Source: Eledone cirrhosa (lineage: Eukaryota). Taken from it: a stretch of 64,000 bases of DNA. Shown one piece after another: positions 60,880 through 64,000 of the stretch; positions within the stretch are counted from its first letter, which is position 1; every line of letters begins with the position of its first letter. The notes below the pieces were generated by a model. That model searched no databases. It was given only the letters and a program-made list of their open reading frames with translations, and was not told the DNA's origin. The stretch spans positions 1,922,001 to 1,986,000 of the forward strand of contig OZ024740.1 in the NCBI GenBank assembly GCA_964016885.1. Reading direction: 5' to 3'. A program made the position numbers and the translations under genes.

Positions 60880-62200
60880 TATCTATGTCTCTCTGTCTCT
60901 CTCTCTCTCTCTGTCTCTCTCTCTCTCTCTGTCTCTCTCTCCCTGTGTCTCTCTGTCTGTCTCTCTGTCTCTCTCTCCCTGTGTCTCTCTGCTTCCGTAT
61001 ATCTATATCTTTCTCTTTCTCTCTATATATGTCTGTGTGTGTCTCTCTCTCTATATATATGTCTGTGTGTCTCTCCCTCTCTGTCTCTATATGTCTCTGT
61101 GTGTCTCTCTCTCTCTATATATATCTCTGTGTGTCTCTCTCTCTCTATATATATATCTATATATATGTCTGTGTCTCTCTCTCTATATATGTCTGTGTCT
61201 CTCTCTCTATATATGTCTGTGTGTCTCTCTCTATATATATATATGTCTGTGTCTCTCTCTCTATATATGTCTGTGTCTCTCTCTCTATATATGTCTGTGT
61301 CTCTCTCTCTATATATGTCTGTGTGTCTCTCCCTCTCTGTCTCTATATGTCTCTGTGTGTCTCTCTCTCTCTATATATATATCTATATATATGTCTGTGT
61401 CTCTCTCTCTATATATGTCTGTGTGTCTCTCTCTCTATATATGTCTGTGTCTCTCTCTCTATATATGTCTGTGTCTCTCTCTCTATATATATATCTCTGT
61501 GTCTCTCTCTATATATATGTCTGTGTCTCTCTCTCTATATATCTCTGTGTCTCTCTCTCTATATATGTCTGTGTGTCTCTCTCTATATATATATGTCTGT
61601 GTGTCTCTCTCTATATATGTCTGTGTCTCTCTCTCTCTATATATATGTCTGTGTCTCTCTCTCTCTATATATATGTCTGTGTCTCTCTCTCTATATATAT
61701 ATGTATGTGTCTCTCTCTATATATATGTCTGTGTCTCTCTCTCTATATATATGTCTGTGTCTCTCTCTATATATATATATGTCTGTGTGTCTCTCTCTAT
61801 ATATATATATGTCTGTGTCTCTCTCTCTGTCTATATATATATGTCTGTATATATATGTCTGTATATATGTATGTCTATATATATATGTCTATATATATGT
61901 CTGTATATATATGTATGTCTGTATATATATGTATGTCTGTATATGTCTATATATATATGTCTGTATATATATGTATGTCTGTATATGTCTATATATATAT
62001 GTCTGTATATGTCTATATATATATGTCTGTATATATATATGTCTGTAGATATATGTCTGTATATATATATGTCTGTATATATATGTCGGTATATGTATGT
62101 CTATATATATATATGTCTATATATGTATGTCTATATATATATGTCTGTATATATATGTCTGTATATATATATGTCTATATATATATATGTATATATATGT
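60880..62200. repeat. Compound (CT)n/(TA)n/(TG) microsatellite array
   Basis: Units like ATATATGTCTGTGTCTCTCTCTCT grade into ATATATGTCTGT. Confidence 0.95.
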
Positions 62201-62204
62201 TCCC

Positions 62205-64000
62205 CCCGCCCCACATCGACCCAATAGAGGGACCAGCAGTGTTAGTCGAGGGTAGTATAATAAGTAAGGCAATCAAAGATATGAAGACGGGTAAGGCGGC
62301 TGGGCCTTCGGAAATAGTTGCCGAGATGCTGAAGGCATCTGGTACGGTGGGACACACCATGGTCACCCGGATAGTCAACCAAGTCATACAGAATGGGGCT
62401 GTTCCGAAGGACTGGCGTAGCAGCATCATCGTTAACTGTTATAAGGGTAAAGGAGATGCCCTAGATGGGAGTAACTATAGAGGCATTAAATTAATCGACC
62501 AGGTCATGAAGGTCACGGAAAAAGTAATAGCGCAACTAATCAGAGAGCGAATTGATCTAGATGAAATGCAGTTCGGGTTTGTGTCAGGAAAAAGTACCAC
62601 AGACGCTCTTTTCATAGTACGACAACTACAGGAGAAGTACCTAGCTAAAGGTAAACCCCTCTACTTAGCTTTTGTCGACTTGGAGAAAGCCTTCGACAGA
62701 GTCCCCCGTTCCATTATCTGGTGGGCTCTTAGAAAACTAGGTGTTGATGAATGGCTTGTGAGAGCTATACAAGCCATGTATAAAGAAACAGTCAGCAAGG
62801 TTAGAATTAACAACGAATATAGTGAAGAGTTTAATGTAAAAGTTGGTGTTCATCAGGGCTCTGTTCTTAGCCCCCTACTATTTATTATTGCCCTCCAGGC
62901 TATAACAGTGGAGTTCAAGACCGGCTGCCCATGGGAACTCCTATACGCAGATGATCTAACGCTCATAGCTGAATCAATGGCCGAGCTAGAGAAGAAATTC
63001 CAAACACGGAAGCACGGCCTAGAATCAAAAGGCCTTAAAATTAACCTGGCTAAGACTAAAGTTCTAGTTTGTAAGAAAGAAAATGAAGCGGCGGTCCCCT
63101 CCGGGAAGTGGCCATGCTCAGAGTGTAGGAAAGGCGTAGGTAGAAACTCCATTTTGTGTCCCAAATGCAAAGTTTGGGTGCATAAAAGATGTAGTGGGAT
63201 CACAGGTAAGCTAACTAAGAACATAGATTTTACATGTGGCCGGTGTTCTGGGGCAATAAGTAGCAGCAAGTGCCCAAAAAATACTAGCTCTTTCAACTGC
63301 GCAGAGGGTTCTATAGAAATAGTGGACAGCTTCCGTTACCTGGGTGACAAAATCAGCAGTGGGGGAGGGTGCTCTAAAAGTACAGTAGCTAGAGTCAGAA
63401 CTGGGTGGAAAAAGTTCAGAGAGCTCATACCACTATTAGCCGCTAAAGGGTTCTCCCTAAAAATGAAAGGCAGGTTGTACGATGCCTGCATACGAACAGC
63501 AATGTTGCATGGCAGTGAGACCTGGGCATTGTGTGCAGAGGATATACGCAGACTAGAGAGAAACGAAGCTTGCATGCTCCGCTGGATGTGTAATAGTAAT
63601 ATACGTGAACGGCAAAGCATAAACGAACTAAGGAAAAAATTAGAAATGAGAGGGATCAGATGTTGTTTACTTGAGAGAAGGCTACGTTGGTATGGTCACG
63701 TGATGCGCATGAAGGACGATAGCTGTATAACAAAGTGCAGGGCAATAAAGATAGACGGTAGCCACGGAATAGGCAGACCCAGAAAAACCTGGGACGAGCT
63801 GATAAATTCCGACCTCACACACTTACACCTCACCAAGACAATGTCACTGGACCGAGACCTTTGGCGGTACTCAGTAATAGAGAAGACACGCCTTACCTAA
63901 ATACAAAGTAAAACCTACTACAGTCAGTAGGCATCTCTAACAAAATACACCCCCGTCCCACCACCCCCACCCCATCCACACCGCCCCTTTCAATGTAAAG
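62205..64000 (+). mobile_element. 5'-truncated young RTE family A copy with uninterrupted RT + PHD + C-terminus (stop at 63900); 3'UTR runs off the window
   Basis: [15 protein letters not shown]...YADD...CSEC..CPKC..HKRC..CGRC...KTRLT*. It lacks the endonuclease and is fused at its 5' end to the microsatellite. Confidence 0.95.

Noticed and set aside
60741-62048. 435-aa ORF starting MEVLNHKTK
   Set aside because: Only 60732-60850 is coding. The rest is read-through past the GT donor into microsatellite.
60775-63900. 1041-aa ORF suggesting a novel low-complexity/RT fusion protein
   Set aside because: The N-terminal half is a stop-free microsatellite translation abutting a 5'-truncated LINE. 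Its start overlaps OSBPL exon D in a different frame.

Overview
Eukaryotic, repeat-saturated genomic DNA. The SINE/LINE content suggests a mollusc, probably an octopus or other coleoid cephalopod (inference). The only host gene found is on the + strand: four small GT-AG exons (26162-26259, 54540-54716, 59395-59473, 60732-60850) that splice in frame to encode the oxysterol-binding domain of an OSBPL1A/OSBPL2 (ORP1/ORP2)-like protein, including the EQVSHHPP signature. The ORF track does not recover this gene. Everything else is probably intronic. It includes a ~10-kb hairpin-rich satellite, a ~70-copy 51-bp satellite, and a ~22-kb almost pure G/T array. There are four copies of one RTE-clade LINE whose reverse transcriptase carries an inserted PHD finger (one copy near full length), remnants of two other RTE families, tRNA-derived SINEs (two with tandemly amplified heads), and MITE/Helitron-like elements. 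Several small Penelope-like (PLE) inverted-repeat remnants carry type I hammerhead ribozymes and a shared 3' motif. The most interesting signals are a same-strand pair of hammerheads 394 nt apart with an identical palindromic stem III, the PHD-in-RT LINE, and repeated conversion of SINE segments into tandem arrays.
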